DNA of 21,285 nucleotides from Elusimicrobiota bacterium (lineage in GTDB: Bacteria; Elusimicrobiota; Elusimicrobia; UBA1565), in NCBI GenBank assembly GCA_043819795.1, contig JBDREN010000192.1:1-21285 (forward strand). The letters run 5' to 3'. Each line of letters opens with the position of its first letter. The first letter of the stretch is position 1. The notes below the pieces were generated by a model. That model was given only the letters and a program-made list of their open reading frames with translations. It searched no databases and was not told the DNA's origin. Shown here one piece after another: positions 9,005 to 17,231 of this stretch. A program made the translations under genes and the position numbers.

Positions 9005-11032
9005 CTAACGGGCATCCAGGTCGCGCAGGTAGCGCGTGATATTCGGCTGGTCGGGGTCGATCTCCAGGGATCTCCGCCAGGCCTCGCGGGCGGCTTCGGT
9101 CTTCCCCATGCCGGCGTAGGCCGTCCCGAGGTTATTGTGGGCCTTGGTGAAGAACGGGTTCAAGGCCGCCGCCTCGCGCAGATGCTTCAAGCCGTCCTCC
9201 CATCGCTTCTGTCCGACGCAGATGGCGCCCAAGTTGTTGTGAGCATGGGCATTGAGGGGGTTCTCCTCGATCTCACGGAGGAACGCCTGTTCCGCTCTTC
9301 GCGGATCGCCCTTGGCCAAGAGCTCGTTGCCCCGGTGAAAATGGGCGGTCGGGGCGGACAGGCGCTTCAGCTCGAGCATGGCGTGACCGAACCGGGGATC
9401 GTAATGAAGCGTGGAATAGAAACAGGCCGAGGCTCTTCGGTATTCCTTACGGTTCCTGAGTCCGATGCCGTACGCGAAATAGAGGTTCGCGAGGTTCTCC
9501 CGGCGACCGGCGGCCTTCTCCAGGGCGATCCCTTCTTCATAGGTCTGCCAGGCGCGTCCGGGGCGGCTCTCTATCAGGAAGTTGCCCATGTTCACGTATT
9601 CCCGAGCGTAGAGGCGCGTCTCTTCAAACAGAGTCACGTGACAGCAGATGTAGACGCAGCCGAACAGCAGGCCGCGCCAAAGTGTGCTCCGCCAACGCTT
9701 CTCGCGGACTGTTCCGAACCCATCTGCCAGAGCATAGGCGGCGAAGGGAAGGAGGAAAGGGACCACGGGCAGCCGGTACCGAGATGTGACGTAAAAAAGC
9801 ACAACAGAAAGCGCGTAGCCGCCGGCGAGCAGATACAGCAGGAGCGCCTCCCGCCATCGCCTCCAGGACGCGGCCACGCCCCATACGGCGAGGGGCAGGA
9901 GCGCTCCGAACGTGAACAGAGGCCAGCGCAGCAACGGCACGAACCGATCCCGCAAGAAATAGGTGTTGTAGTTGTCCGGCACCTCGTAGTAATTGACGAA
10001 GAGATTGATCTTCTTCCCCAGGAGCCTGAAGAAACGGCCCGGCTCCCGCCGGATGAAATCGAATCCTTTCTTGTACCAGAACCGGCCGATCTCGGAGGGC
10101 TTGAGCGGGCGCCCGACCTCCTTCTCGGCGTAGACGCGCGCGTCCCGCTCTTCGTGCTCCGGGATGGTCCGTATCATCGGCGCCGCTGCGTGGATCCCGG
10201 AGGCTTTAGGGTTGTTGCCGGCATAGAAGTTGATTCCCGCCGTGTAATTGGTCAGTACGAAGTCTCGGTCGGCCCAGTAGTTGCGCGCCGTGACGGGCGC
10301 CACCGCGAAGGCGAAGCCCAGGAGGAACAATCCGCCCAGCCGGGCGGCGGACTTGATGTCCCGCGTCCGCGCCCAGAGCCACAGGGGGATGAAGGGAACG
10401 GCCAAGAGGAAGTTGCCGCGGTTGAGGGCCGCGAGCCCCAGGCAAGCCCCGCCCGCCAGCGCCCAGCGCGCGCTCGCGGGCTCCGGGGCCCGCAGCAGGC
10501 ACAAGAGGGTGAGCGCTTCCAGGAAGACGGTCGTGCTCCCTTTGAGCAGCACGGCGTCGTAGAAGATGAACGGCTGGTAGAGCGCCGCCAGGACGGCCGT
10601 CAGCCAGCCCGCGGTCTCGCCGAACACGCGTCTGCCCACGAAATAGAGCAGCACGCAGGAGAACGAGCCGAGCAGGACCTGGATCCACTGCACGGCCCGG
10701 AGGCTGTGCCCGAACACGGAATAGACCAGACCCAGGAAGTAGGGATAAAGGGGGGATTGATAGAAGGCTCCTTTGCCGAGCCAGTCCCCCTGCGCGATGG
10801 CCCAGCCCCAGCGGTCGTAGGCCGCCGCGTCGATGTGAAGATGATCCCCGAAGGGGCTCTGGTTGAATTGGTGAAGGAAGATGAGGCGCAGGACGAGCGC
10901 GGTCAAAAATACCCCGGCCAGCCCGAACGGACGAGGCCGGTCCAGCAGCGCCTGCCGCGCCGCGGAGAGCGGGGCCAGGAAGTCCAGCGCTTGGCCTTCC
11001 GAAACCGGCGCGCGTTTCCTTTTCGGCTTCAT
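9005..11032 (-). CDS. GT-C (ArnT/PMT-like) membrane glycosyltransferase with C-terminal TPRs, paralog 2
   Basis: IDAAAY loop, YQSPLYPYFLG, many TMs, ARNY..GINFY.GNNP, RYRLP and TPR motifs AHNNLG. The ATG overlaps the upstream TGA. Confidence 0.88.
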   Translation of the reverse strand: MKPKRKRAPVSEGQALDFLAPLSAARQALLDRPRPFGLAGVFLTALVLRLIFLHQFNQSPFGDHLHIDAAAYDRWGWAIAQGDWLGKGAFYQSPLYPYFLGLVYSVFGHSLRAVQWIQVLLGSFSCVLLYFVGRRVFGETAGWLTAVLAALYQPFIFYDAVLLKGSTTVFLEALTLLCLLRAPEPASARWALAGGACLGLAALNRGNFLLAVPFIPLWLWARTRDIKSAARLGGLFLLGFAFAVAPVTARNYWADRDFVLTNYTAGINFYAGNNPKASGIHAAAPMIRTIPEHEERDARVYAEKEVGRPLKPSEIGRFWYKKGFDFIRREPGRFFRLLGKKINLFVNYYEVPDNYNTYFLRDRFVPLLRWPLFTFGALLPLAVWGVAASWRRWREALLLYLLAGGYALSVVLFYVTSRYRLPVVPFLLPFAAYALADGFGTVREKRWRSTLWRGLLFGCVYICCHVTLFEETRLYAREYVNMGNFLIESRPGRAWQTYEEGIALEKAAGRRENLANLYFAYGIGLRNRKEYRRASACFYSTLHYDPRFGHAMLELKRLSAPTAHFHRGNELLAKGDPRRAEQAFLREIEENPLNAHAHNNLGAICVGQKRWEDGLKHLREAAALNPFFTKAHNNLGTAYAGMGKTEAAREAWRRSLEIDPDQPNITRYLRDLDAR

Positions 11033-13038
11033 CGGGCTTCGAGGTCCCGCAGGTACTGCGCGATCCTTGGCTGCTCCGGGTCGATCTCCAAAGACCTCCG
11101 CCATGCCTCGCGGGCGGCTTGGGGGCGCCCCATGCTGGCCTCGGCCATCCCGATATTGTTGTGGGCTTTGGTGAAGAACGGGTTCAAGGCCGCCGCCTCC
11201 CGGAAATACGGCAAGGCCTCCGCCCAGCGTCTCCGGCTGAAGTGGATGCTCCCGAGGTTGTTGTGCGCCTCGGGATTAAAGGGGTTCTCCTCGATCTCCC
11301 GGATGAACTCACCCTCCGCCGCCCGCGGATCCCCCCGCCCCAAGAGCTCGTTGCCCCGGTGGAAATGCGCGGTCGGACGCATCAGGCGCTGCAGCTCCAG
11401 GGCCGCGAAGGCGAACTCCGGGTAGTAATGCAGCGTGGAGAAAAAGCAGGCAACGGCCCTCTTGGCCTGCCCCTGGTTGCGGAGCCCTATGCCGTAGGCG
11501 TAGTAGAGCTCCGGAAGCATGTCCTTCCGGCGGGAGGCTTTCTCCAAAGCAATCGCCTCCTCGTAGGCCTTCCAGGCCCCTTCCGGGTCCGTCCCGAGCA
11601 GGTAGTTCCCCAAAGTCACGTACTCCCGGGAGTAGGCGAACGCCGGCTCGAACATGGGGATGCGGCATGACAGGAAGGCGGCTGTCACCAGCCCGGCGCG
11701 GAACGTCAGGCCCATCCAGCGCTTCCGTCGTAGGGTCTCGAACGCCTCCACCAGGGCGTAGCCGGCGAAGGGGAGCAGGAACGGGACCACGGGCAGCCGG
11801 TACCGGGAGGCGATGTGGAAGAGGACGACGGAGAACGCGTAGACGCCGGCGAGCAGATGCAGCAGGAGCGCCTCCCGCCATCGCCTCCATGAGACGGCCA
11901 TGCCCAAGACGGCCAGGGGCATGAGCACGCCGAACGGGACCAGGGGCCAGCGCAGCAGCGGCACGAACCGGTCGCGCAGGAAGTAGATGTTGTAGTTGTC
12001 GGGCACCTCGTAGTGGTTGAAGAACAGCTTGATCTTCCGCCACGCGCGACGGAGGAAGAGGTCCGGCCGCTCGCGGATGGACCGCCAGCCCTTCGCGCGC
12101 CAGAAACGGTCGATCTCGGAGGGCATGAGCGTGCGTCCGGCCTCCTTCTCGGCGGACGCGCGCGCGTCCGCTTCCTCGTGCTCCGGGACCGTCCGGATCA
12201 GGGGCGGAGCCCAGTGGATCCCGGTGGCTCCGGGATGGTTGTCCGAGTAGAAGTTCACCCCGGCCGCGTAGGTGATGGGGACGAAGTCGCGGGCGGCCCA
12301 GTAGTTGCGCGCCGTGACGGGAGCGACCGCGAGCGCGAAGCCCAGAAGGAACGAGCCGCCCAGCCGGCCGGCGGACTTGGCGTCCCGGGTCCGCGCCCAG
12401 AGCCAGAGGGGGATGAAAGGGACGGCGAGCAGGAAGTTCCCGCGGTTGAGCGCCGCGATCCCCAGGCACGCCCCGGCCGCAAGGGCCCAGCGCGCGCGCG
12501 GAGGCTCCAGAGCGCGCAGCAGGCACAGGAGCGTCAGAGCCTCCAGGAAGATGGTCGTGCTTCCTTTCAGCAGCAGGCCGTCGTAGAAGATGAACGGCTG
12601 GTAGAGCGCCGCCAGGACGGCCGTCAGCCAGCCCGCGGCCTCGCCGAACACGCGTCTGGCCACGAAATAGAACAGCACGCAGGAGAACGACCCGATGAGG
12701 ACCTGGATCCACTGTACGGCCCGCAGGCTGTGCCCGAATACGGAATAGACGAGGCCCAGGAAGTAGGGGTAGAGGGGGGATTGATAGAAGGCTCCTTTGC
12801 CGAGCCAATCGCCCTGCGCGATGGCCCAGCCCCACCGGTCGTAGGCCGCCGCGTCGATGTGAAGATGATGCCCGAAGGGGCTTTGGTTGAACTGGTGAAG
12901 GAAGATGAGGCGCAGGACGAGAGCGGCGAGGAATATCCCCGCCAGCCCGAGCGGACGAGGCCGGTCCAGCAGCGCCCGCCGCGCCGCGGAGAGCCGCGGC
13001 AGGGCGCCCGGCTTAGCGATCTTCGGCTCAGGAGCCAT
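11029..13038 (-). CDS. GT-C (ArnT/PMT-like) membrane glycosyltransferase with C-terminal TPRs, paralog 1
   Basis: Same motif set as 9005-11032, with long identical peptide blocks. Confidence 0.88.
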   Translation of the reverse strand: MAPEPKIAKPGALPRLSAARRALLDRPRPLGLAGIFLAALVLRLIFLHQFNQSPFGHHLHIDAAAYDRWGWAIAQGDWLGKGAFYQSPLYPYFLGLVYSVFGHSLRAVQWIQVLIGSFSCVLFYFVARRVFGEAAGWLTAVLAALYQPFIFYDGLLLKGSTTIFLEALTLLCLLRALEPPRARWALAAGACLGIAALNRGNFLLAVPFIPLWLWARTRDAKSAGRLGGSFLLGFALAVAPVTARNYWAARDFVPITYAAGVNFYSDNHPGATGIHWAPPLIRTVPEHEEADARASAEKEAGRTLMPSEIDRFWRAKGWRSIRERPDLFLRRAWRKIKLFFNHYEVPDNYNIYFLRDRFVPLLRWPLVPFGVLMPLAVLGMAVSWRRWREALLLHLLAGVYAFSVVLFHIASRYRLPVVPFLLPFAGYALVEAFETLRRKRWMGLTFRAGLVTAAFLSCRIPMFEPAFAYSREYVTLGNYLLGTDPEGAWKAYEEAIALEKASRRKDMLPELYYAYGIGLRNQGQAKRAVACFFSTLHYYPEFAFAALELQRLMRPTAHFHRGNELLGRGDPRAAEGEFIREIEENPFNPEAHNNLGSIHFSRRRWAEALPYFREAAALNPFFTKAHNNIGMAEASMGRPQAAREAWRRSLEIDPEQPRIAQYLRDLEAR

Positions 13039-13059
13039 GCGGATCCTTGACGCGGCGCC

Positions 13060-13638
13060 TCAACGAGGTCTCCCCGCGTTCCAGTTCTCGAGGACGCAGG
13101 GGTAGGACACCTCGACACGACGCGCGAATCGTCCACGGAGGAAGCGGTCCAGGCGGTCCTTGTCGGGATCGAGCGCCAGCAGGGCTTCCCCGAGCCTGGG
13201 CGAGAGGAGGACGGGGTGCCCCCCTTTGCCATCGTGGACGGGGATGATGGCCTCGACGCCCGCCTCGTCGGCTTCGCGCGCGCGGGTGAGGAGGTCCCTG
13301 AAGAGGGTTCCCTCCCAGACCGGCATGTCCACGTGGTGGAGGCACCCCCACTTCGTTAGAGGAGCCGCCTTGAGGGCCGCCTGGAGGGCGTGGAGGGGGG
13401 ATGCTCCCGGATCCACCGGCACCCACCTCACCCCCGGATCGACGCCGCGGCAGCGCTCCAGCCAGGCCTCCTGGACCGTGACCGCGACGGCCCCGGGCGC
13501 GAAGAGGCCCGTCAGGAACGCGACCTGTCTGCCCAGGAGGGTGCCGTCCTCGTGGGCGATCCACGCTTTGGGTCCCCCGGCCCTCTTGCCTTTGCCGGCG
13601 GCGAGCAGATAGGCCTGAGCCTCGTCCATCGGTTTCAC
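13060..13638 (-). CDS. mocA: MocA/YgfJ-like molybdenum cofactor cytidylyltransferase (MobA-like NTP transferase)
   Basis: Motifs LLAAGKGKRAGGPKA, VDMP and GKGGHPVLL, plus association with xdhC. Start is GTG 13638 or ATG 13629. Confidence 0.75.
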   Translation of the reverse strand: MKPMDEAQAYLLAAGKGKRAGGPKAWIAHEDGTLLGRQVAFLTGLFAPGAVAVTVQEAWLERCRGVDPGVRWVPVDPGASPLHALQAALKAAPLTKWGCLHHVDMPVWEGTLFRDLLTRAREADEAGVEAIIPVHDGKGGHPVLLSPRLGEALLALDPDKDRLDRFLRGRFARRVEVSYPCVLENWNAGRPR

Positions 13639-13749
13639 TGCGATCCCTTTACAGGGTTTAGGTCCCGGCCTCTACATTGCAGTCTTCGTTCATTACGTTG
13701 TCGTCAGTCCGTCACAATCCCTTTTCAGGGTTTCGGTCCGTCCCTTCCC
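13637..13749 (-). CRISPR. Degenerate CRISPR mini-array: two 39-nt repeats (13711-13749, 13637-13675) and one 35-nt spacer (13676-13710)
   Basis: R1 GGGAAGGGACGGACCGAAACCCTGAAAAGGGATTGTGAC and R2 GTAGAGGCCGGGACCTAAACCCTGTAAAGGGATCGCAGT are 26/39 identical, with a 21/23 core. Both have a CCCT-GNRA-AGGG hairpin followed by exactly 8 nt (ATTGTGAC in R1). The spacer is GGACTGACGACAACGTAATGAACGAAGACTGCAAT (16/35 GC). The array lies directly at the end of cas6. Confidence 0.8.
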
Positions 13750-14539
13750 CGGCGAACACGCGCACCTGCCCCATGCCCATTCCGGTCTTGATGCCCACGC
13801 CGGCCGCGGACGCCAGTCCAAGGAGCCTGCGCGCCGAGTCCTTCTTGGAGGCGTCGGCCAGGCTGATCCACGCGCAGCCCACGAACCCGGGGATCTCCCC
13901 CGCTTTGAGCCGGAAAAGCTTCGTTCGTCCCCTGAACCGGACGAGGCGCAGGGCGCGGCGCCAGTCGTCGGCGGTCAGCTCCGGAAGCTGGTCCGGGGAG
14001 AAGGCGTTCCAGCGCCGGTTCAGGCTGGAGAGCACCAGGCCCGGGTCGCAGAAGGGATAATAGGCGTCCCCCATCTTGAAGGCGGTGGGCGTCCGGAAAT
14101 CCAGGCGATAGACGGAGCGCGCGGGAGCGAGAAGCGAGGGGTCCGAGTAATCGGACACGCGGTAGAGTCCGGGAGCCTTGCGTCCCGTGGGCAGGACCGC
14201 GGCGATCTCGAGCCGGCCACGACCCAGGAGCACCCCTTTTTTCTCGGCCATGTGCACGGCGAGCGACGTGGAGAGGCATCTCGTCAGCGGAGCCGAGAGC
14301 GTGCCCACGGTGAGCCGCAGGCTCTCTCCCCGCTTGAGCACGGCGCCGTCCCGGCTCGGAGACTTCCCGTGGACCCATAGCGAGAAGGGCTTGATGCCCG
14401 CCGAATGGATGGACGACGCCAGAGCCCGGTCTTCGGATTGGATGAGGCGGAAGAGCAGGCCGTGCGCGGCTTCTCCCGCATGGGCGGGGACGTCCACGCG
14501 GTCCAGGGCCTTCAGAGTGACGGAGAAGAGTCCGATCAT
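13712..14539 (-). CDS. cas6: CRISPR-associated endoribonuclease Cas6
   Basis: Motifs HGLLFRLI..IH..KPFS, FRTPTAF, SL..RWNAF, PGFVG and C-terminal G-loop GVGIKTGMGMG. The ATG overlaps the csm5 TGA. Confidence 0.92.
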   Translation of the reverse strand: MIGLFSVTLKALDRVDVPAHAGEAAHGLLFRLIQSEDRALASSIHSAGIKPFSLWVHGKSPSRDGAVLKRGESLRLTVGTLSAPLTRCLSTSLAVHMAEKKGVLLGRGRLEIAAVLPTGRKAPGLYRVSDYSDPSLLAPARSVYRLDFRTPTAFKMGDAYYPFCDPGLVLSSLNRRWNAFSPDQLPELTADDWRRALRLVRFRGRTKLFRLKAGEIPGFVGCAWISLADASKKDSARRLLGLASAAGVGIKTGMGMGQVRVFAGEGTDRNPEKGL

Positions 14540-15516
14540 GACGCGGCGGGCTTCAGATACGCCCAGCCCAGGGGCCTCACTCCCGCCTTCTTGCGCGTCC
14601 ACGGAGGGTCGGCGCAGGTTATGTTGTGAAAACCTCCGAGCCTCGATACGGAGTATTCCTTGCGGCCGAGGGCCTTCGCGGCCGCCAAGAGCGACATGGC
14701 CCACGCGCCGGAGCCCTGGCCGAGGCGGATCGGACCGGATTGGGCCGAGACATGCATGGGCTCACCCTCCGCCCGGCAGATCTCCTGGGCGTACTCCCGG
14801 GCCCAGGCCAGCATGGACTCGAAGAAGTCCCCGCGCACGGATCTCGGGACCTTGATGTCCAGGTTGAAAGTGACGCCCGGCTTGATCACCTCCATGAGCG
14901 TGTGCGCCGCCTTGAGGGGGCCCTTGCCGGGCCTGGCGTCGGGCGACCTTTCGACCCTGACGATCGCGAGCGCGAGCGTCTTGTCCGCGGGCCGTCCGTC
15001 CGTGTCGGAGACGTCCAGCCAGCGCAGGGACCCGTCCCGCTCCGGCTTCCCGCCCAGCCACGCGGCCACCCTGTCCCGGAGCTCCCTGTCGTTGGCCGGC
15101 CATTGGATCCGTCCGGTCTTCAAGAGCCCGTAGGCCACGACGCCGAGCAAGGCGCCCTTGATGGATGAGCCGGGCACGACCGTCTTACCCGCGGATCTGA
15201 ACGCTTCACTGACCGTGATCCTGTCCGGCTCTTGGCGGGCGGTCTGGTCCACGGGCAGGGTGTAGAGGATGTGCCTGCGGGCGATGGCCTCGAGCTCCTT
15301 GTGGCCGCCGAGGTGCCGGGCCTCGGGCTTGGCCTTCCCGGCCAGCGACATGAAATCGTCGAACGCGCGGCTCTCCGGCTTGAAATCCTCGTCCTGGAAC
15401 AGGCCGTCCATGTGCAGCCTATGGAACGTTCCCCTGTCCAGGAGGTATTCCATGGGCGTGATCTCCCGGCCGGAGCCGATATGGACGAACGAATGAGTCG
15501 TCAAGGTGAGCTTCAT
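14536..15516 (-). CDS. csm5: Type III-A RAMP Csm5
   Basis: Motifs VHIGSG...EY, PGSSIKGA, VSD and RLGQGSG, and position after csm4. Confidence 0.88.
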   Translation of the reverse strand: MKLTLTTHSFVHIGSGREITPMEYLLDRGTFHRLHMDGLFQDEDFKPESRAFDDFMSLAGKAKPEARHLGGHKELEAIARRHILYTLPVDQTARQEPDRITVSEAFRSAGKTVVPGSSIKGALLGVVAYGLLKTGRIQWPANDRELRDRVAAWLGGKPERDGSLRWLDVSDTDGRPADKTLALAIVRVERSPDARPGKGPLKAAHTLMEVIKPGVTFNLDIKVPRSVRGDFFESMLAWAREYAQEICRAEGEPMHVSAQSGPIRLGQGSGAWAMSLLAAAKALGRKEYSVSRLGGFHNITCADPPWTRKKAGVRPLGWAYLKPAAS

Positions 15517-16451
15517 GACTCCGGGGGGATGCGGATCGGCAGACTGAGCGCCATGCCGGCGCGAAAGACCTTGTGCGCTTTCTTGAAGGCCCCGGGCGTC
15601 ACCTCCACGAGAGAGCCGGAGACGTCATCGACTCCGGCGAGGACCGCGCCTTCGGCGGCCATGCGGACGGGCCGCCACCTCAGGGGGATTCCGGCGTCCG
15701 GCGAGTGGATGTACCCCCGGCGGTCGACCAGCCTGTAGTACCCGTCGGCCAGGCGTTCGGCCTCGGTCTGGCTTCCGGGGTAGTAAAGAGAGAGGAGGAC
15801 CCGGTGGCTCGGCTCTCGGACCTCCCGGCCGAGCTCGAGCGTCTCCCAGGCCGGATACTTGAAAAGTCCGTGACCCACGGATCGCTCCCCGCCGATGCCT
15901 TCATCCGCCAATAGGCGCATGGCCGAGAATATACGGTCCCGGACCTTCTTGTCCTCGAACCGCGCGAGGAAATAGAACCCGCCGTCCGGAGGAGGACATA
16001 TCCTGCCCACGCCGAAGAGGCCGCCCGCGCTCCGCTGCCGGCCGTCTCCCGCGCGGCCCACGCTCGCCCTGGTCGCGTGATGGAGCCAATGGTCCAGACG
16101 TCTTTTCTCCACGTGATCGCCGTTGCGAGTCTCGCCCGAAAGGACCTTTTCGAAGGAGCGCAGCGTGAGCCAGCTGCGGTTGTCGGCCGAGACGTGCCTT
16201 GGGCACGGGAAGAAGAGGTCCGCGCCTTCATAGGGAAACGCCGAGGTCAGGGCGAACGGCCTCTCGCCTTTCTCGAGCCGCCGCAAGAGGATCACGAGCG
16301 AGCCTTCCCCGTACAGGAGCCTCCAGGCGGCGAAGACGGCCGCGCAGAGGGTGTCGGACGGGATATGCCCCATGCTCTCGTCGAGCATGTCCTGGCGCTC
16401 GCCCACATGGAGGGCGCCCCGGAAGGCCAGCCGGCAGAGGTTTAGCTCCAT
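15513..16451 (-). CDS. csm4: Type III-A RAMP Csm4
   Basis: Motifs LHVGE, SDTL..A, TSAFPY, LADEGIGGERSVGHG, LLSLYYP, RRGYI and EG..GSLVEVTP. TGATG overlap with csm3. Confidence 0.92.
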   Translation of the reverse strand: MELNLCRLAFRGALHVGERQDMLDESMGHIPSDTLCAAVFAAWRLLYGEGSLVILLRRLEKGERPFALTSAFPYEGADLFFPCPRHVSADNRSWLTLRSFEKVLSGETRNGDHVEKRRLDHWLHHATRASVGRAGDGRQRSAGGLFGVGRICPPPDGGFYFLARFEDKKVRDRIFSAMRLLADEGIGGERSVGHGLFKYPAWETLELGREVREPSHRVLLSLYYPGSQTEAERLADGYYRLVDRRGYIHSPDAGIPLRWRPVRMAAEGAVLAGVDDVSGSLVEVTPGAFKKAHKVFRAGMALSLPIRIPPES

Positions 16452-17230
16452 CAAGCGAGTCTGTTGAGCACCTGCTCCATGCCGGACACGAGCTTCTGAG
16501 GGGTGTCCAGGCCCTCGTTGACGGGAGGCTTTCCCAAGCTTCCCTTCTGGTAGTCCTCGGCTGAGTTCCAGCGCAGGGCCAGCGCGCCGACCTTGACCCT
16601 GCCGTACCCGCGAGAGCCCATGCCTCCCAGGTAGTCGTCTTCAAGCAGAGACAGCGCCTTGAAGATCTTCGGCACGAGCTCCGGCTTGTCCTCATCCGAG
16701 TAGACATTGAGCACCAGGCGCAGGCCGAACCTGGCTCCCGCCGGGACCCTTTCCACCTGCCTCAAGCCGCCGGAACGCGCCTTGCCTTGGACGCGGTCTA
16801 TCGCGGTCTCCGCCTTGACCTCGGTGAGCTCCAGCTCCAGGTTGCCGGCCTCGTGCAGCTGCTTGAGCTCCGCCTCGTTCAAGAGATAGGCGTCCGAGAC
16901 CATGAGCCGGGTCAAAGAGGGCACGTTGAACTCCGCGCCGCCCGGGGCCACGCCGAAGATCCGGCAGGAGGGGCACTTCCGGTAAGATGCGGAGTCCCGG
17001 CATTCATGCTTCCCGCCTTCGAACCGGCAGTCCTCCGAGTGCTCCAGGAGGCTCCTCAGCTTGCCCTTGATGGACGAGCCGGGGACGTAGGGCTTTCCCC
17101 ACGGGTCGCGTATGACGCTCAGGTCCACGCCGCTGATCTTCAAGCCCGTCTGGGGACCGCCCACGCGGATGCCGGTCTTGGCCTCGATCTCGCCTTCGAT
17201 GATCAGCTTCCCCAATAGTCGGCACTCCAT
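16451..17230 (-). CDS. csm3: Type III-A backbone RNase Csm3
   Basis: TGIRVGG...ISGVDLSVIRD with the catalytic Asp position retained, PYVPGSSIKGKLRSLLE, His/Cys Zn cluster HEC..CPSC, ETAIDR, RQVERVPAG and DDYLGGMGSRGYG. SD GGAGGAG. Confidence 0.96.
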   Translation of the reverse strand: MECRLLGKLIIEGEIEAKTGIRVGGPQTGLKISGVDLSVIRDPWGKPYVPGSSIKGKLRSLLEHSEDCRFEGGKHECRDSASYRKCPSCRIFGVAPGGAEFNVPSLTRLMVSDAYLLNEAELKQLHEAGNLELELTEVKAETAIDRVQGKARSGGLRQVERVPAGARFGLRLVLNVYSDEDKPELVPKIFKALSLLEDDYLGGMGSRGYGRVKVGALALRWNSAEDYQKGSLGKPPVNEGLDTPQKLVSGMEQVLNRLA

Positions 17231-17231
17231 T

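Noticed and set aside
9400..9408. Spacer self-target in the glycosyltransferase mRNA (CGTAATGAA), and the 6-nt GGACTG match at 20181 near the cas10 start
   Set aside because: Only 9 and 6 contiguous nt with unmatched flanks, which is compatible with chance.
14540..14704. Longer starts from the ORF track for cas6 (14704), cas10 (20342), esterase (8963) and GT (11104)
   Set aside because: They overlap upstream genes extensively. Coupled ATGA/GTGA starts fit better.
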